A stretch of DNA of 64,000 nt from an uncultured archaeon (GCA_963817525.1 CAWFOU010000001.1:512001-576000); one strand, 5' to 3'; counted from the stretch's first letter, positions 1 to 10,442 are shown. Notes: generated from the letters alone by a model not told the origin. Program-made: numbers and translations.

Positions 1-507
1 CGACTTCAGCACCCAACCTCGCCAGCGCTTGTATTGGCTCAGGATGCCAAGCATCTTCGCAGATTATCACGCCGAAGTTGCACTTGGGACTTGGGAAGAC
101 CTTCAAGTCAATCTTCGGATTGCCTGGCAGGAAGTATCGTAGCTCCTCAAAAAGTCCGTAGGTCGGCAGGAAGAACTTTGAGGTCGACCCCAGCACCTTT
201 CCGTCTCCTATGATAGCGGCAGAGTTCTGGATAAGGCCGAGAGAGTCTTGTTTGACATAGCCACAAATCACGCGTTGCCCCGTCGCCGTACTCCGAGCAA
301 GACCTGCTAACGCGACCTCGCAATCGCCCACCACCTCGTACGCCAAGTCCTTGAGCGAATAGCCCGAAAGGGACACTCCGGGAAGCAAGTCAAATGTACC
401 CCTTCGTCCCACGCCTTCTTCATCGTCTTGGCGTGCTTCTTCGCGTTTTCCTTCACACCGCCTATTCTGGAGGGTAGCTGGGCGAGACCGATCCTTGCCC
501 CTCTCAT
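1..507 (-). CDS. Carbon-nitrogen hydrolase (nitrilase/glutaminase-like) family protein; runs off window edge; 1-bp frameshift near 378
   Basis: N-terminus IGLAQL...TCFPE. After restoring one base it continues SLSGYSLKDL...NSAAII...KFFLPTYGLFEELRYF...GVIICEDAW, containing the nitrilase E-K-C triad motifs. Confidence 0.8.
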
Positions 508-1838
508 GGGTCAATGACCCTATTGGATACCATGTCCCGACCCAGAGCGATGTATTTGGAGGGTTCGCTCGGTCCGTTGCCGTCGAGCGTTCTCCAACAG
601 TCCACGACCACTTTCTTCGACAACGTGGATCTATCGATTTTTGAAAAGGCCGCCCAGGGAGTCCCTATCACGCACAGGTCGCTTTTTGCTACACACTTCT
701 CCGCCGTGGCCTCAAATTTCAGTTTCGAAGACCCTCGGAAGAGCCGCGGGTCAACTGCCGGGTCGTAGACGTGTACCTCGTAGCCCTCCTCAGCGAGGGC
801 CTCTGCGAGCATGAGAGACTGCGAGGCTTCAGTGACGTTCGTGTTGGGCTTGTAGGTAACGCCGAGTATCCCAATTCTCCTTAGACCTGCGGGAATGTTT
901 TGACCGACCAGCTTCTTGATCCGTTCAACCTGTCTTACGTTGACCTGGTCGGTCGCGCGAGCCAAGTCTGGTGCAACTCCCGCTCTCTTGGCGAATCTTA
1001 CGAAGGCGACGTTGTCTCTGGGGAAACATGGACCGCCGTATCCGATGGCTCCCTTCAGGTAGGCGGGGCCAATCCTCCTGTCCTTCCCTATGGCTTGGGT
1101 GATTGTGTCCACATCGCCGCCCGGAATTTTTTCGCATATCTCGGCCAAAGTGTTGGCAAAGCTCATTTTCATGGTTACGAAGGCGTTGACGGATATCTTC
1201 GCCACTTCGGCGTTCAAGAAAGACATCCGCTCCACCGGCGCGGAATTGCCGCACACCTGGCGATGAATGTCCGCCAAGACGTCTCCCGACCTCTTGTCAG
1301 ACTCCCCTACCAAGACGAGATCAGGATAGCGCAGGCCCTTGATTACATCCCCGAGGGCGATGAATTCGGGGTTGTAGCAAAGACCAAAATCCTTTCCGCA
1401 CTTCTTCCCCGACTCTTTCTCGAGTGTAGGAAGGACGTCTTTGTCCATCGACCCGGGCATGACGGTGCTGGTCAGGACGACTAGGTGGTATCCTGCCTTC
1501 TTTGAAATGGCCTTTCCCACGCGCCTCATCGCCCCTTTCACAAACTTCAGAGAGAATCCTCCCGACGCGTCGCTTGGGGTGGGCACGACCACGAAAGTCG
1601 CTTGAGTTTCGGCTATCGCCGCGTCGTAATTTGAGGTGGCCGCAAGCGAAGCGCGATTCAGAGCTATCATTTCGGCTAGACCTTTCTCGTATATTGGCGA
1701 CTCGGCCCTGTTGACAGCGGCGACCTTCGGTCCGTCCACATCCACACCGGTCACGTTGAAGCCTCGGTCAGCCAAGACGGCAGCCAAGCACAGTCCGAGC
1801 TTTCCCAAGCCTACTACCGAGATCCGTTTGACAATCAC
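504..1838 (-). CDS. UDP-glucose/GDP-mannose dehydrogenase family protein
   Basis: Rossmann VVGLGKLG, VPTP, YNPEF, catalytic GYGGPCFPRD, C-terminal LGVTYKPNT. Confidence 0.92.
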   Translation of the reverse strand: MIVKRISVVGLGKLGLCLAAVLADRGFNVTGVDVDGPKVAAVNRAESPIYEKGLAEMIALNRASLAATSNYDAAIAETQATFVVVPTPSDASGGFSLKFVKGAMRRVGKAISKKAGYHLVVLTSTVMPGSMDKDVLPTLEKESGKKCGKDFGLCYNPEFIALGDVIKGLRYPDLVLVGESDKRSGDVLADIHRQVCGNSAPVERMSFLNAEVAKISVNAFVTMKMSFANTLAEICEKIPGGDVDTITQAIGKDRRIGPAYLKGAIGYGGPCFPRDNVAFVRFAKRAGVAPDLARATDQVNVRQVERIKKLVGQNIPAGLRRIGILGVTYKPNTNVTEASQSLMLAEALAEEGYEVHVYDPAVDPRLFRGSSKLKFEATAEKCVAKSDLCVIGTPWAAFSKIDRSTLSKKVVVDCWRTLDGNGPSEPSKYIALGRDMVSNRVIDP

Positions 1839-1889
1839 CGTATCTGCTCACCCTCAAGGATGTCGCATCGGCGCAGATTCGCCACGACC

Positions 1890-2979
1890 TCACGCCCGTT
1901 CGACGCGAAGCAATGTGGGGCTCTTGCTTTCCGCCGGGTAGGGTTGGGCGATCGTCTGCGCCTTCGGCCCTCTGCGTTGTTCGCTGTGCCATTCAATCGT
2001 CCGTCGAAGACCTTCCTCGATGTCGATTTGCGGTTCCCATCCAAGATTCCTGGCCAGTGTTATGTCAAGAGCCCGACTGAATGGCCCCTCTGGCTTGCTC
2101 CTATCGTACCGAACCCGTTTTGGGCTGTGACCCGAAATCTGGAGTATTAGGTTGGCTACGTCCTTAATCCTGTATCTCTTGTCCCATCCAAGGTTCACGG
2201 GCGATGCGTCGTTGATCTTTTCGGCAGCCAATATGGAGCCATTGACGATATCGTCGACGTAGGTGAACCCCCTCTCCTGGTTCCCCGAACCCCATACCTC
2301 ATAGGGATCCATCCTATTCAGTGCCTTCTCTACGAGGCCGGCGATTGCGTGACTGGCGTCCAGCCCCAAGGCCCATAACTGTTAGGTACCGATTCACAGA
2401 TGACTTGAAACCGTGTTCGGTGTGGAACGCCGAAAGCTGCATCTCCCCCATTAGTTTCGCGAATCCGTACAAATTGTCGCTGCTCCGCCATCCTTCACCT
2501 CTGCTCAGAATGTCATCCTCGCTCAACAAATGCTCTGGATTGTTTAGAGAAGGCGGATACACGCAAGCGCTGGACGCGTAGTGGAGGTGCTCGATGCCTG
2601 CTTCGCATGACGCGCTAATCGCGTTATCGTCGATTGCGAGCATCCTCGAGCACTCGGACTGGTGCACATCAACAAACTCCCTTCCTCCGAACACTGCGGC
2701 AAGGTGAAACACGACATCATGGGCCTCCGCCAGCAACTGGAATCGGTCGCGCTCAGTCGAGAGATCAATGCATTTCAGCTGCGCCGTCTCAATTCCATGC
2801 CTCGAGTATATTTCGCTGAGTCGAGCTAGCTTTGCCTGCCAAATCCATGACTTTTCCATCGAGACCAGCTTGTCCACGACGGTGACCGATGCCCCCAACG
2901 CCAAGAGTCGGTCGACCAGCGAGCTTCCGATGAACCCGGCTCCGCCGGTCACGATCACACGGCGTTTTGACCAGTTCAA
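1890..2979 (-). CDS. NAD-dependent epimerase/dehydratase (extended SDR); frameshifted near 2365-2380
   Basis: VTGGAGFIG, VFHLAA, YASSACVY and YGFAK in ORF 2314-3168; VWGSGNQERGFTYVDD and NLG in ORF 1890-2369. The two halves join at the expected VYGP motif. Confidence 0.85.
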
Positions 2980-3103
2980 CCTTGCGATACAGCCCTCGGA
3001 AAAAGTCGAGGAAGTTGGCTTATAACTAGGGTAGGCGCCGAAATCCAGATTTCTAATCCGTAAGGAATAACTTTGCAAGTCCTTTGAAAGCGTCGAGGAC
3101 TCG

Positions 3104-4138
3104 ATGGTTTTTGCCGAAAGCAGGGTAAGCGACCTAGCGAGCGTCAGCGTCGTGGTCTCATTCCTCAATTCGGCCAGGACTGTAAGGGAATGCTTGATGA
3201 AGGTTCTTCGCCAAGATTATCCTGCTGACCTCTTTGAAGTAGTGGTCGTCGACGGTGGCTCCACCGACGGCTCTCTTGAAATCTGCAAGCAGTTGGAAAA
3301 GGAGTTCGACAATTTCAGGCTCATCGTGAGTCATGGCTGCAGCGAATCTGAAGGCCAGATGATTGGTACAGGAAGCTCTAACTCTGACGTAATCATGTTC
3401 ACGAATTCGGACATCTACGTGCCTGGTTCCTGGATCAAGAAACACGTGGATTGGTTGAAAGGCGGCTATGATTTGGTCGGAGGCAAAGTATTCTGGGGCG
3501 GGGATAAGTTCGCCTTCACCTGGAATATGCCCAAGCCTGATGCGCCGAGATTTGTACAGGAGCAGGGGCTTGGTTTGGGGTTCTCGAATTGCTCCATCAC
3601 AAGAGCGATGTTCAATCGGGTGGGCGGACTGAGCGACATGAAATCACAGCATGACACCGAGTTCGCTTTTCGAGTTGTGAGGTCTGGAGGAAAGATGGTG
3701 CTAGACCCAGATATTGAAGTGTATCATGATCACCCGTTCAAGTCATTTAAGGGGTCGTTCACTCGCTCATTCGGATATGCTGTCAATCATCTACTCGTAA
3801 TGCGAGTCGTTTACGGCAGGATAGTAACGGGCTCTGGGTCACCCACAATGCTGCCTATCGGCTCTCTGCTCAGAGAATGGACTTGTCTCGCTGGGATTCG
3901 GGCGTACAGAGAAAACAGGTCGAGAGCTCTTCAGGTCGGGATTAGTGTGGGTCTGCCCGAGTTCCTATTCATTAGGCTTTTCTCGACCAAGCTCGGGCAA
4001 ATGACGGGAGTGTTCGCAGGCGCAGTGAAGAGGAAGGGAAGCAAGTCGATAAGGGATCTCCACAGTCGGGCCGAGAAGCCGATTGCAGGGTTGGAAACGG
4101 GGCATCGAGAGATTGGGGAAATGCAGGTGACCGCATGA
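3104..4138 (+). CDS. Glycosyltransferase family 2
   Basis: SVVVSFLN, VVVDGGSTDGS, FTNSD, HDTEFAFR. Confidence 0.88.
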   Translation: MVFAESRVSDLASVSVVVSFLNSARTVRECLMKVLRQDYPADLFEVVVVDGGSTDGSLEICKQLEKEFDNFRLIVSHGCSESEGQMIGTGSSNSDVIMFTNSDIYVPGSWIKKHVDWLKGGYDLVGGKVFWGGDKFAFTWNMPKPDAPRFVQEQGLGLGFSNCSITRAMFNRVGGLSDMKSQHDTEFAFRVVRSGGKMVLDPDIEVYHDHPFKSFKGSFTRSFGYAVNHLLVMRVVYGRIVTGSGSPTMLPIGSLLREWTCLAGIRAYRENRSRALQVGISVGLPEFLFIRLFSTKLGQMTGVFAGAVKRKGSKSIRDLHSRAEKPIAGLETGHREIGEMQVTA

Positions 4139-4220
4139 GGCAGGAAGAGCGTGCAAACTCGCTCAGGTGGCCCAGGACGCTTACTTCTCTTGAAAAGCGT
4201 TCGAGCCAGGCTGGATCTTC

Positions 4221-5330
4221 GTGAAGATCTTGAAAGCCGAGCTGAGTCAGCAAGAAGGCTCCAGCCCCCAGCAAGAAATTAAGCAAGTTCGTTCGGACGC
4301 TATTCTGAAGGAAGAGAGGGGGATTACTGGAGCAAGAGGATTGGCCGCGCTCTATGTCTTCTTAGGGCACTTTGTATTCTATTCAGGTTTTACCCCGAAC
4401 CTAGTGACCAACGTTATTGTGTCCGGCGCTAGTGGGGTCGATTTCTTTTTCGTGCTCAGCGCGTATCTGCTGACGAAGAAGATGATGAGGGGCGATTACA
4501 AGAATAAGATGGTCTACTATGCAAGGCGAATCTTCCGTATCTGGCCCACTTACTTCGTCGCTGTGACCGCCTTTGCCGTCCTCGGATTGATGCCGTTCAA
4601 CGTCCTGACATACTTCTTCCTCGTGAACTATCTTCCGTCCACTTTCCTGGCATATCCAACCTGGACGCTCCTCATCGAGGAGCTGTTCTACCTAATCCTC
4701 CCATTGTGGCTCCTCGGTTTCGTGAAGGGAAGATGGAAGGTAGCTGTGCCGGTAATCCTCGCGTTTGAGATGGTCTTTCGAATCTGGGCGCAGCCGTTCT
4801 CAAATGTGACGAGCTACTACAATTGGAGCTTCGAGTCCCGGGTCTTCGACTACGCTCTTGGCACCGCTCTAGGATTGGGAGTTTCGGTTCAAAAGCTGAA
4901 ACAGCTTTCCTCTGGAAGGAGAACCCAACTCCTCAAGTTCGGGGTGGTTCTCGCATTTCTGGCCGCGGGAGAGGCCAGAGGCTGGAGCGATGGTTGGTAC
5001 ACTCCTATCTTGTATTCAGCGATATATTATTGTGCGATTTCCTTCTTCGCCAACTCTTCCTTCTTCACGAACCAGGTCACCCACTTCCTTGGTAGAATCA
5101 GCTATTCATGGTATCTCTATGGGTGGGGGATTACTTACTGGCTCTACTTGCACTCATTATTGACTTCCCAGATTGACTACGCGCTTGGAATCGGAGTCTG
5201 CGTTTTTGGAGCTTCTGTCGCGCTAGCATATGCCTCTTACAGGTTCTTGGAGAGGCCCCTAATCCACTATGGCAAGACACTTTTCGAACCGAAGAGTAAG
5301 CCCACCTTGCCCAATCCGGGAAAGGTTTAG
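4221..5330 (+). CDS. Acyltransferase 3 (OafA-like) membrane O-acyltransferase
   Basis: GARGLAALYVFLGH, GVDFFFVLSAYL, RRIFRIWP, WTLLIEELFY, LGRISYSWYL, SYRFLERP; multiple TM segments. Confidence 0.9.
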   Translation: MKILKAELSQQEGSSPQQEIKQVRSDAILKEERGITGARGLAALYVFLGHFVFYSGFTPNLVTNVIVSGASGVDFFFVLSAYLLTKKMMRGDYKNKMVYYARRIFRIWPTYFVAVTAFAVLGLMPFNVLTYFFLVNYLPSTFLAYPTWTLLIEELFYLILPLWLLGFVKGRWKVAVPVILAFEMVFRIWAQPFSNVTSYYNWSFESRVFDYALGTALGLGVSVQKLKQLSSGRRTQLLKFGVVLAFLAAGEARGWSDGWYTPILYSAIYYCAISFFANSSFFTNQVTHFLGRISYSWYLYGWGITYWLYLHSLLTSQIDYALGIGVCVFGASVALAYASYRFLERPLIHYGKTLFEPKSKPTLPNPGKV

Positions 5331-5382
5331 TCATCGAGCGGCGCTAATCTCGAATCTCAAAATGGCCGCGCAAAAGCACTTG

Positions 5383-6156
5383 CTAGGCGGTCACCGACTT
5401 CCTCCCCCTCACAATCAAGTGCCAGCCCAGCTCGTACTCGTCTGCAATGCCGACTTTCACCTTCCTTTGCTTCAACGTGTCGATGACGTCGTACCGGATC
5501 TGCATCGATATCTGTCGGAAGTGACCATCCAGCAATTCGCGAACATCATTCTTCGTATATGCTTTGGTGTAGGGGCACCCTTCCACCCTCTCAGAGTATC
5601 TCGAGACCAGCTCCTCCTCGCTGCGACCCGAGGTCCTATGCAGGGACAAGATTGAGTAGGCATAGAGCAGGCTGTCCTTGTTGTACAACATGCAGATCAA
5701 CTCGCCTCGTTTGGCCAGCTTCTTGGATATTTCCTTGATTACTGGTCCGGCCTCGCGGATGTGATGCAGGACCCCGAACGAATACACGCAATCAAAAACA
5801 CCATCTCTGAAAGGCAGGTTTTGCGCTGCGGCCCGTATCACGTTGAAGGATTTGACTTTGGCCTCGGCGAGGGTGTTTAGCGTGGCTTTCGTTCCCGTTT
5901 CAGTGAAGTCGAGGCATACAATATCCGCTCCATATTTGCCGAATTCGGCGGAATCTATCCCCGAGCCACTCCCAATCTCTAAGACTCGTTTTCCAGCAAA
6001 TTCGGTGAATGGGATGGCTCCGAGCATGTAATCCTGAAGCTCGTATCGCAGGCGTCTTCGCTCTTGGTAGGTGAGGTTCTCCTTATTGAACGTCCATGGC
6101 ACGGTCTTCTCCCAGTAGTCGACGAAAGCGACACCGTCCTTCGGGTTATCCTTCAT
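5383..6156 (-). CDS. Class I SAM-dependent methyltransferase
   Basis: VLEIGSGSG, LPFRDGVFDCVYSFGVLHH. Confidence 0.88.
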   Translation of the reverse strand: MKDNPKDGVAFVDYWEKTVPWTFNKENLTYQERRRLRYELQDYMLGAIPFTEFAGKRVLEIGSGSGIDSAEFGKYGADIVCLDFTETGTKATLNTLAEAKVKSFNVIRAAAQNLPFRDGVFDCVYSFGVLHHIREAGPVIKEISKKLAKRGELICMLYNKDSLLYAYSILSLHRTSGRSEEELVSRYSERVEGCPYTKAYTKNDVRELLDGHFRQISMQIRYDVIDTLKQRKVKVGIADEYELGWHLIVRGRKSVTA

Positions 6157-6249
6157 GTCTCATCCTAGATCACTTGGATGCAAGTGCGCCTGATGATGGG
6201 CGAAGACTGCGCCTAAAAGGCTAATGAATAATTTCGTCTGACCTTCGCT

Positions 6250-6290
6250 GAAAAGAAGGAGATTGAGGCCCTGCTCTGGCAGGATGCCTC
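6250..6290 (-). terminator. Putative hairpin plus T-tract terminator after pilin gene
   Basis: GAGGC-CCTGC/GCAGG-(AT)-GCCTC stem followed on the - strand by CTCCTTCTTTTC. Confidence 0.4.
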
Positions 6291-6312
6291 CCGTTTTCTC
6301 GGTGCGTCTCGT

Positions 6313-6804
6313 CTAGATGAAGGTGCCTGCGAAGATGAGGATGGCGCCGTTGCTCATGGTCACGGTGCCTGTGTAGGACGCGCCTGAGGTTGCGCCCGCG
6401 ACAGCGCCGTCAGTGAGCGTGACGACCATCGGGTTGCCCGTTGCCAGACCTGCCGCGGTCACGACACACGCCGCCGCGAAGGACCAGGTGTACACTGATC
6501 CGCCGTAGGTGATTGACACCGAGGTGGCTGAGGCGGCCGCGGTACCTGTGTTCGTCAAGACGATGTCGTTCGCTGAGGTGGCGGTGGCGCATGCTGCTGT
6601 GCCGGCGCCGGCCGTGCCCACGCCGGTGGCGGTGAGGGCGATTCCCGTGACTTGAATCTCACCGGAGTTGGACGAGGAGCCGAAGATGCCGAACACGAAG
6701 CCACCGATTGCTACTGCTGCAATCAGGGTGACCGCGATGATGAGCACCGTGGCTATGATTGGCGAGATGGCTTTCCTGTTTGAGAACCGTTGCGTGCTGA
6801 ACAT
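6313..6804 (-). CDS. Archaeal type IV pilin (candidate major pilin)
   Basis: Class III signal peptide RKA|ISPIIATVLIIAVTLIAAVAIGGFVFG followed by an Ala/Thr/Gly-rich beta domain. Confidence 0.9.
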   Translation of the reverse strand: MFSTQRFSNRKAISPIIATVLIIAVTLIAAVAIGGFVFGIFGSSSNSGEIQVTGIALTATGVGTAGAGTAACATATSANDIVLTNTGTAAASATSVSITYGGSVYTWSFAAACVVTAAGLATGNPMVVTLTDGAVAGATSGASYTGTVTMSNGAILIFAGTFI

Positions 6805-7040
6805 ATCTTCAGTCGCGCATAACAATTGTTGTCCCATATTTACTGCTTGTGAAAATCTAATCTAGAGCATTAACATACGCTATCAACTTTATGGAAATCG
6901 GTTAGCACTAGACCGCGGGCTGGCAAAATCCTTGCCAGTCTGGCTTAGGCCCCCTGGGTCCTTGTCCCGTAAGGCTTGAGACCTCGATTAAGCGGACGCC
7001 CGGACCTGCAACCTGAAAACATAGCTCACGCTGAGGCTAT

Positions 7041-7087
7041 TAAAATAAAAAAGGAGGAGGCTGGAATCCTGTTTTACCAGGATTCCA
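7041..7087 (-). terminator. Hairpin plus T-tract terminator after second pilin
   Basis: Perfect 10-bp stem TGGAATCCTG/CAGGATTCCA (7062-7087), then CCTTTTTTATTTTA on the - strand. Confidence 0.6.
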
Positions 7088-7109
7088 TCTGTACTTTAGT
7101 CCGTCTCGT

Positions 7110-7617
7110 CTAGATGAAGGTGCCTGTGAAGATGAGGATGGCGCCGTTGCTCATGGTCACGGTGCCGGTGTAGGACGCGCCTGTCATTGCGCCACGCGAT
7201 AGCGGCCGTCAGAGAGCGTGACGATCATCGGGTTGCCCGATAGCCTTCGCCTGCCTGCCGGTGCGACGACACACGCCGGCGCGAGAGGACCAGCGTGTAC
7301 ACTGATCCGCCGTACGTGATTGTCACCGACGGTGACTGACGGCGGCCGCGGTACCTGTGTTCGTCAAGACCGATGCTCGTTCGCTGAGCGTGCCGGTGGC
7401 GCATGCTGCTGTGCCGGTGCCGGCCGTGAGAGGTGCCGCGGTGAGGGCGATGTCCTGTGACTTGGACTTGGGCTGAGTTGGACGAGGAGCCGAAGATGCC
7501 GAACACGAAGCCACCGATTGCTACTGCTGCAATCAGGGTGACCGCGATGATGAGCACCGTGGCTATGATTGGCGAGATGGCTTTCCTTTGTGCGTACTTT
7601 CCGTTCCGTATTTTCAT
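7110..7617 (-). CDS. Archaeal type IV pilin, tandem paralogue of 6313-6804; multiple indels (assembly artefact or pseudogene)
   Basis: 113 bp (7475-7587) identical to 6665-6777; near-identical 3' end; many 1-2 bp indels in between. Confidence 0.75.
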
Positions 7618-7726
7618 TGGTGAGCTGTCTGAGCCCAGTTTGGTATATGAAGCGTGGGAATTACTAGTATGGTTTTCAGGTTCATAGGCCATTATATATG
7701 TCGCAAGCGGCGTTACGGCTCATCTC

Positions 7727-8161
7727 ATGAGTCGCCTCACCGACAGCATCCGAAAGGCGAACGAGAGAGACAGGGAGTTCATCATGAGCCTGAACCTGAA
7801 CTTCCTCGACAAAGTCCTACCGCCCCTATACGCGGCGTTCCTGTGCCTCGACTTCCTCGACGTCTACTCGACCCTCCTCGCGATGAAGAGCAGCTTCGAG
7901 TTCCACGAGCTGAACCCCATAGCGTCAGCCCTCTTCTCGATGAAGTTCGACGGGTTCCTCATTGCGATAGCGTTCAAGTACCTGCCCGCCATCCCGCTCT
8001 TCTACCTGGTCTACGTGAGAGACTCTTCCGGGGCGCACTCCTTCCAGATCCGGCTCGTCAGGTTCGTCGGCCTCGTCTCCCTGATAGCGGCAGACGGCCT
8101 CCTAGGCTACATAGTCGCTTGGAACAACATACCCATTCTCCTCGCGCAGTTCGGGCACTAA
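7727..8161 (+). CDS. Small membrane protein, DUF5658-like
   Basis: LDFLDVYST...HELNP motif and about 3 hydrophobic helices. Confidence 0.6.
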   Translation: MSRLTDSIRKANERDREFIMSLNLNFLDKVLPPLYAAFLCLDFLDVYSTLLAMKSSFEFHELNPIASALFSMKFDGFLIAIAFKYLPAIPLFYLVYVRDSSGAHSFQIRLVRFVGLVSLIAADGLLGYIVAWNNIPILLAQFGH

Positions 8162-8343
8162 CAAGCATATCTCCCGCCGCAAGCGCAGATGAAGTAGCCC
8201 GTCTGCAGATGCAGGAGGAGATGCCGGCGCTCTCTTGGACCCGAGCACGCCGGGCGCCGGGCCTATCTGGCCTTCGTGACTGTTCGTCGGCAGCGCACTC
8301 GTCCGTGCTCCTTTAATATCAGCGTGGAAGTAATCACGTAACC

Positions 8344-8685
8344 ATGGCGGAAAAGGCAATCAGCAGCTCACTTGGCACTCTGAAGAGGGCGGTCCAGCTG
8401 GCGCTGGGGCCCGACCTCGACGCCATCAGGAGGGACCTTGCTGACCTCAAGGGCGAGGTCAAGGTGATTGGAGTGAAGCAGGACGAGATGGACAAGAGGC
8501 TCAATGGCAAGATGGAGGAGATGGACAAGAGGCTCAATGGCAAGATGGAGGAGATGGACAAGAGGAACACTGTCCAGTTTGAATCGATACGAAGCGAACT
8601 AAGAGGGCTCTCCGAGAAAGTGGATTGGGCCAAAGACATAGAGAAGCTCAAGGTCGAAGTCGCCGAGCTGAAGAGGCGGCGGTAG
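8344..8685 (+). CDS. Coiled-coil protein with 11-residue tandem repeats
   Basis: EMDKRLNGKME repeated about 2.5 times; amphipathic helical sequence. Confidence 0.65.
   Translation: MAEKAISSSLGTLKRAVQLALGPDLDAIRRDLADLKGEVKVIGVKQDEMDKRLNGKMEEMDKRLNGKMEEMDKRNTVQFESIRSELRGLSEKVDWAKDIEKLKVEVAELKRRR
8485..8565 (+). repeat. 33-bp perfect tandem repeat (about 2.5 copies), in frame
   Basis: GAGATGGACAAGAGGCTCAATGGCAAGATGGAG at 8485 and 8518, partial copy at 8551. Confidence 0.9.
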
Positions 8686-8894
8686 CCACGTGCCGATTGC
8701 GCTGAAGAGCTAGCCCAGGCCCGCCCGTCCCCATCACACAAACGACCAGCTTCTGCTAGCCATAGGGAGCGTCCGAATGCCGCGCGTGGTGAGGAGAGGC
8801 TCTCCCTCTGCAGCCGAAGGGGCACCGGAGCGGGATCGAGCGCCTGTTGATGCTTTGTGCCTCGCCAAGCGCCCGCCGGGGTGAGAATAGACAT

Positions 8895-8921
8895 GAATTC
8901 CTGATACACAAACCTATTAAT
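8895..8921 (+). promoter_or_regulatory. Dyad motif plus TATA-like box
   Basis: GAAT-TCCTG-ATAC (8895-8907), 7 bp, TATTAAT. Confidence 0.5.
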
Positions 8922-8946
8922 CGGCGGGAGGACTCGCGTTCTGGTC

Positions 8947-9480
8947 TTGAAGGACAGGGATTCCCTGGCGGACGAGTTCGCCGACTCTTCGGGCAGCATA
9001 GTCAACGACCTGAACTCCCTCCAGAGCGAGTTCGCACAGCTCTCGGAGCTCGACGAGATGGAGCGCAACTACACGCGGAAGCTCATAGAGTCCCTCAAGA
9101 TGCTCCAGTCCGAGGTCGACGCGGCGATGCCGCTGAAGAAGGAGAGCCTCGGTCCGGCGTATTCGAACGCCAAGGAGGCATACCTGGCCTCCGATTGTGT
9201 CGTGGTCATAATGGGCATGGACGACAGCAAGACGTCCATCCCACTAGCAAAGTTCGAGCCGAAGTACGTGCTTTCGATCGTGAAGGAGGCGACGCCCGCA
9301 CTGGCGGCCATAATCTCGGAGCGCAGGAAGGACGTCGGGTCCAGGGTCGACCTGCTCGAGAGGATCCTGAAGGAGGTCAAGAAGGCGGGCAACATGGCCA
9401 AGCAGACAGAGAGGGTCGAGCGGGGCGCGCCCCAGGCGCCTGTGGAAGACCTAGTCCAAAACTCAATAACGAGCGAGTAA
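8947..9480 (+). CDS. Hypothetical helical/coiled-coil protein
   Basis: Strong GC3 codon bias, TATA-like box upstream, operonic with the next gene. Confidence 0.7.
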   Translation: MKDRDSLADEFADSSGSIVNDLNSLQSEFAQLSELDEMERNYTRKLIESLKMLQSEVDAAMPLKKESLGPAYSNAKEAYLASDCVVVIMGMDDSKTSIPLAKFEPKYVLSIVKEATPALAAIISERRKDVGSRVDLLERILKEVKKAGNMAKQTERVERGAPQAPVEDLVQNSITSE

Positions 9481-9498
9481 GCAGGCGGGGACGCGCAA

Positions 9499-10008
9499 TT
9501 GTCCCAGCGACGACCAGACCTCTCCACGGGCTTGATGAAGTTCTACACGCAGGCCGAGATCATCAAGTACATGAAGGAGGTGGCCGAATACTACCAAAAA
9601 GAGGCGGAGAAGTACGGGGACAAGCTCGGCGGCATGCTAAGGACGGGACCCGGCGAGGCCGCAAAGGAGGAGAAGAAGCAGGACAAGGGGGATAAGAAGA
9701 ACGACCAGAAGGGCAAGCCCAGCGGTGGAGGCGGATGGGTGAAGATGGGAACCCTCATGTTGAACACGGCCAACACCGGACCTGCCTCGACCGAGGTGAT
9801 GTACCAGATCCACGAGGACCTCAAGCTGAAGCTGGCGAGGACTAACGAGGCGCTAAAGTCGTTCGAGATGAACGCCAGCACCCTGATACCCCAGAACGCG
9901 GTCTTCCAGCTCTACGTGCGCAACGGGGTGCCAGAGCGCATAATCGTCGAGGCGGAGGAGGCAAAGAAGGCCGCCTTCAACTTCGACGGCAAGTTCAGGG
10001 TCGTCTAG
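9499..10008 (+). CDS. Hypothetical protein
   Basis: Strong codon bias, 18-bp gap from the previous gene. Confidence 0.7.
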   Translation: MSQRRPDLSTGLMKFYTQAEIIKYMKEVAEYYQKEAEKYGDKLGGMLRTGPGEAAKEEKKQDKGDKKNDQKGKPSGGGGWVKMGTLMLNTANTGPASTEVMYQIHEDLKLKLARTNEALKSFEMNASTLIPQNAVFQLYVRNGVPERIIVEAEEAKKAAFNFDGKFRVV

Positions 10009-10199
10009 GGGCCTTTTCGCCTTTGGACCCCTATAACCCTCCCAGGCCAGAAATCGGACCAAAGGCCCGCGCGTCTCCTAGAATCCGACATCATCGCAAC
10101 TTGCTCGTCCGGAGGGAGACCCTCGAGGATCCCCACGGACAAGAGATTGCCCGCTGAAACCTTATATCCGATTGGTTCCTGCTATCGGAATGACACATC

Positions 10200-10442
10200 A
10201 TGTCGGAAGAAGTTCTTCATGTCGGAAAGAAGGGAGAGATATACACCGACGAAAGGCTGCGCAAAGCTGCCGGGATAATCAAAGGCGGTCGCGTCAGAGC
10301 GACCGCGACCAAAGGACGGCTGGTCATAGAGCCGCTCCCGTCGTTGGAGGACCTCCTCAAGGGGCTCATGGTTACGGTCAGCCCTGAGGAGGCAGAACGA
10401 CTCAGCGAGGACGCCCAAAAGGAGGAGGGGCTCTTTGGTTGA
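10200..10442 (+). CDS. vapB: AbrB/MazE/SpoVT-type antitoxin
   Basis: VGKKGEIY...LRKAAGI..GGRV...GRLVIEP; overlaps the downstream PIN gene; inverted repeat TCCGAT/ATCGGA at 10167-10189. Confidence 0.8.
   Translation: MSEEVLHVGKKGEIYTDERLRKAAGIIKGGRVRATATKGRLVIEPLPSLEDLLKGLMVTVSPEEAERLSEDAQKEEGLFG

Noticed and set aside
6821-6830. AACAATTGTT palindrome as a member of the dyad regulon
   Set aside because: Lacks the central base and the fixed 7-bp spacing to a TATA box
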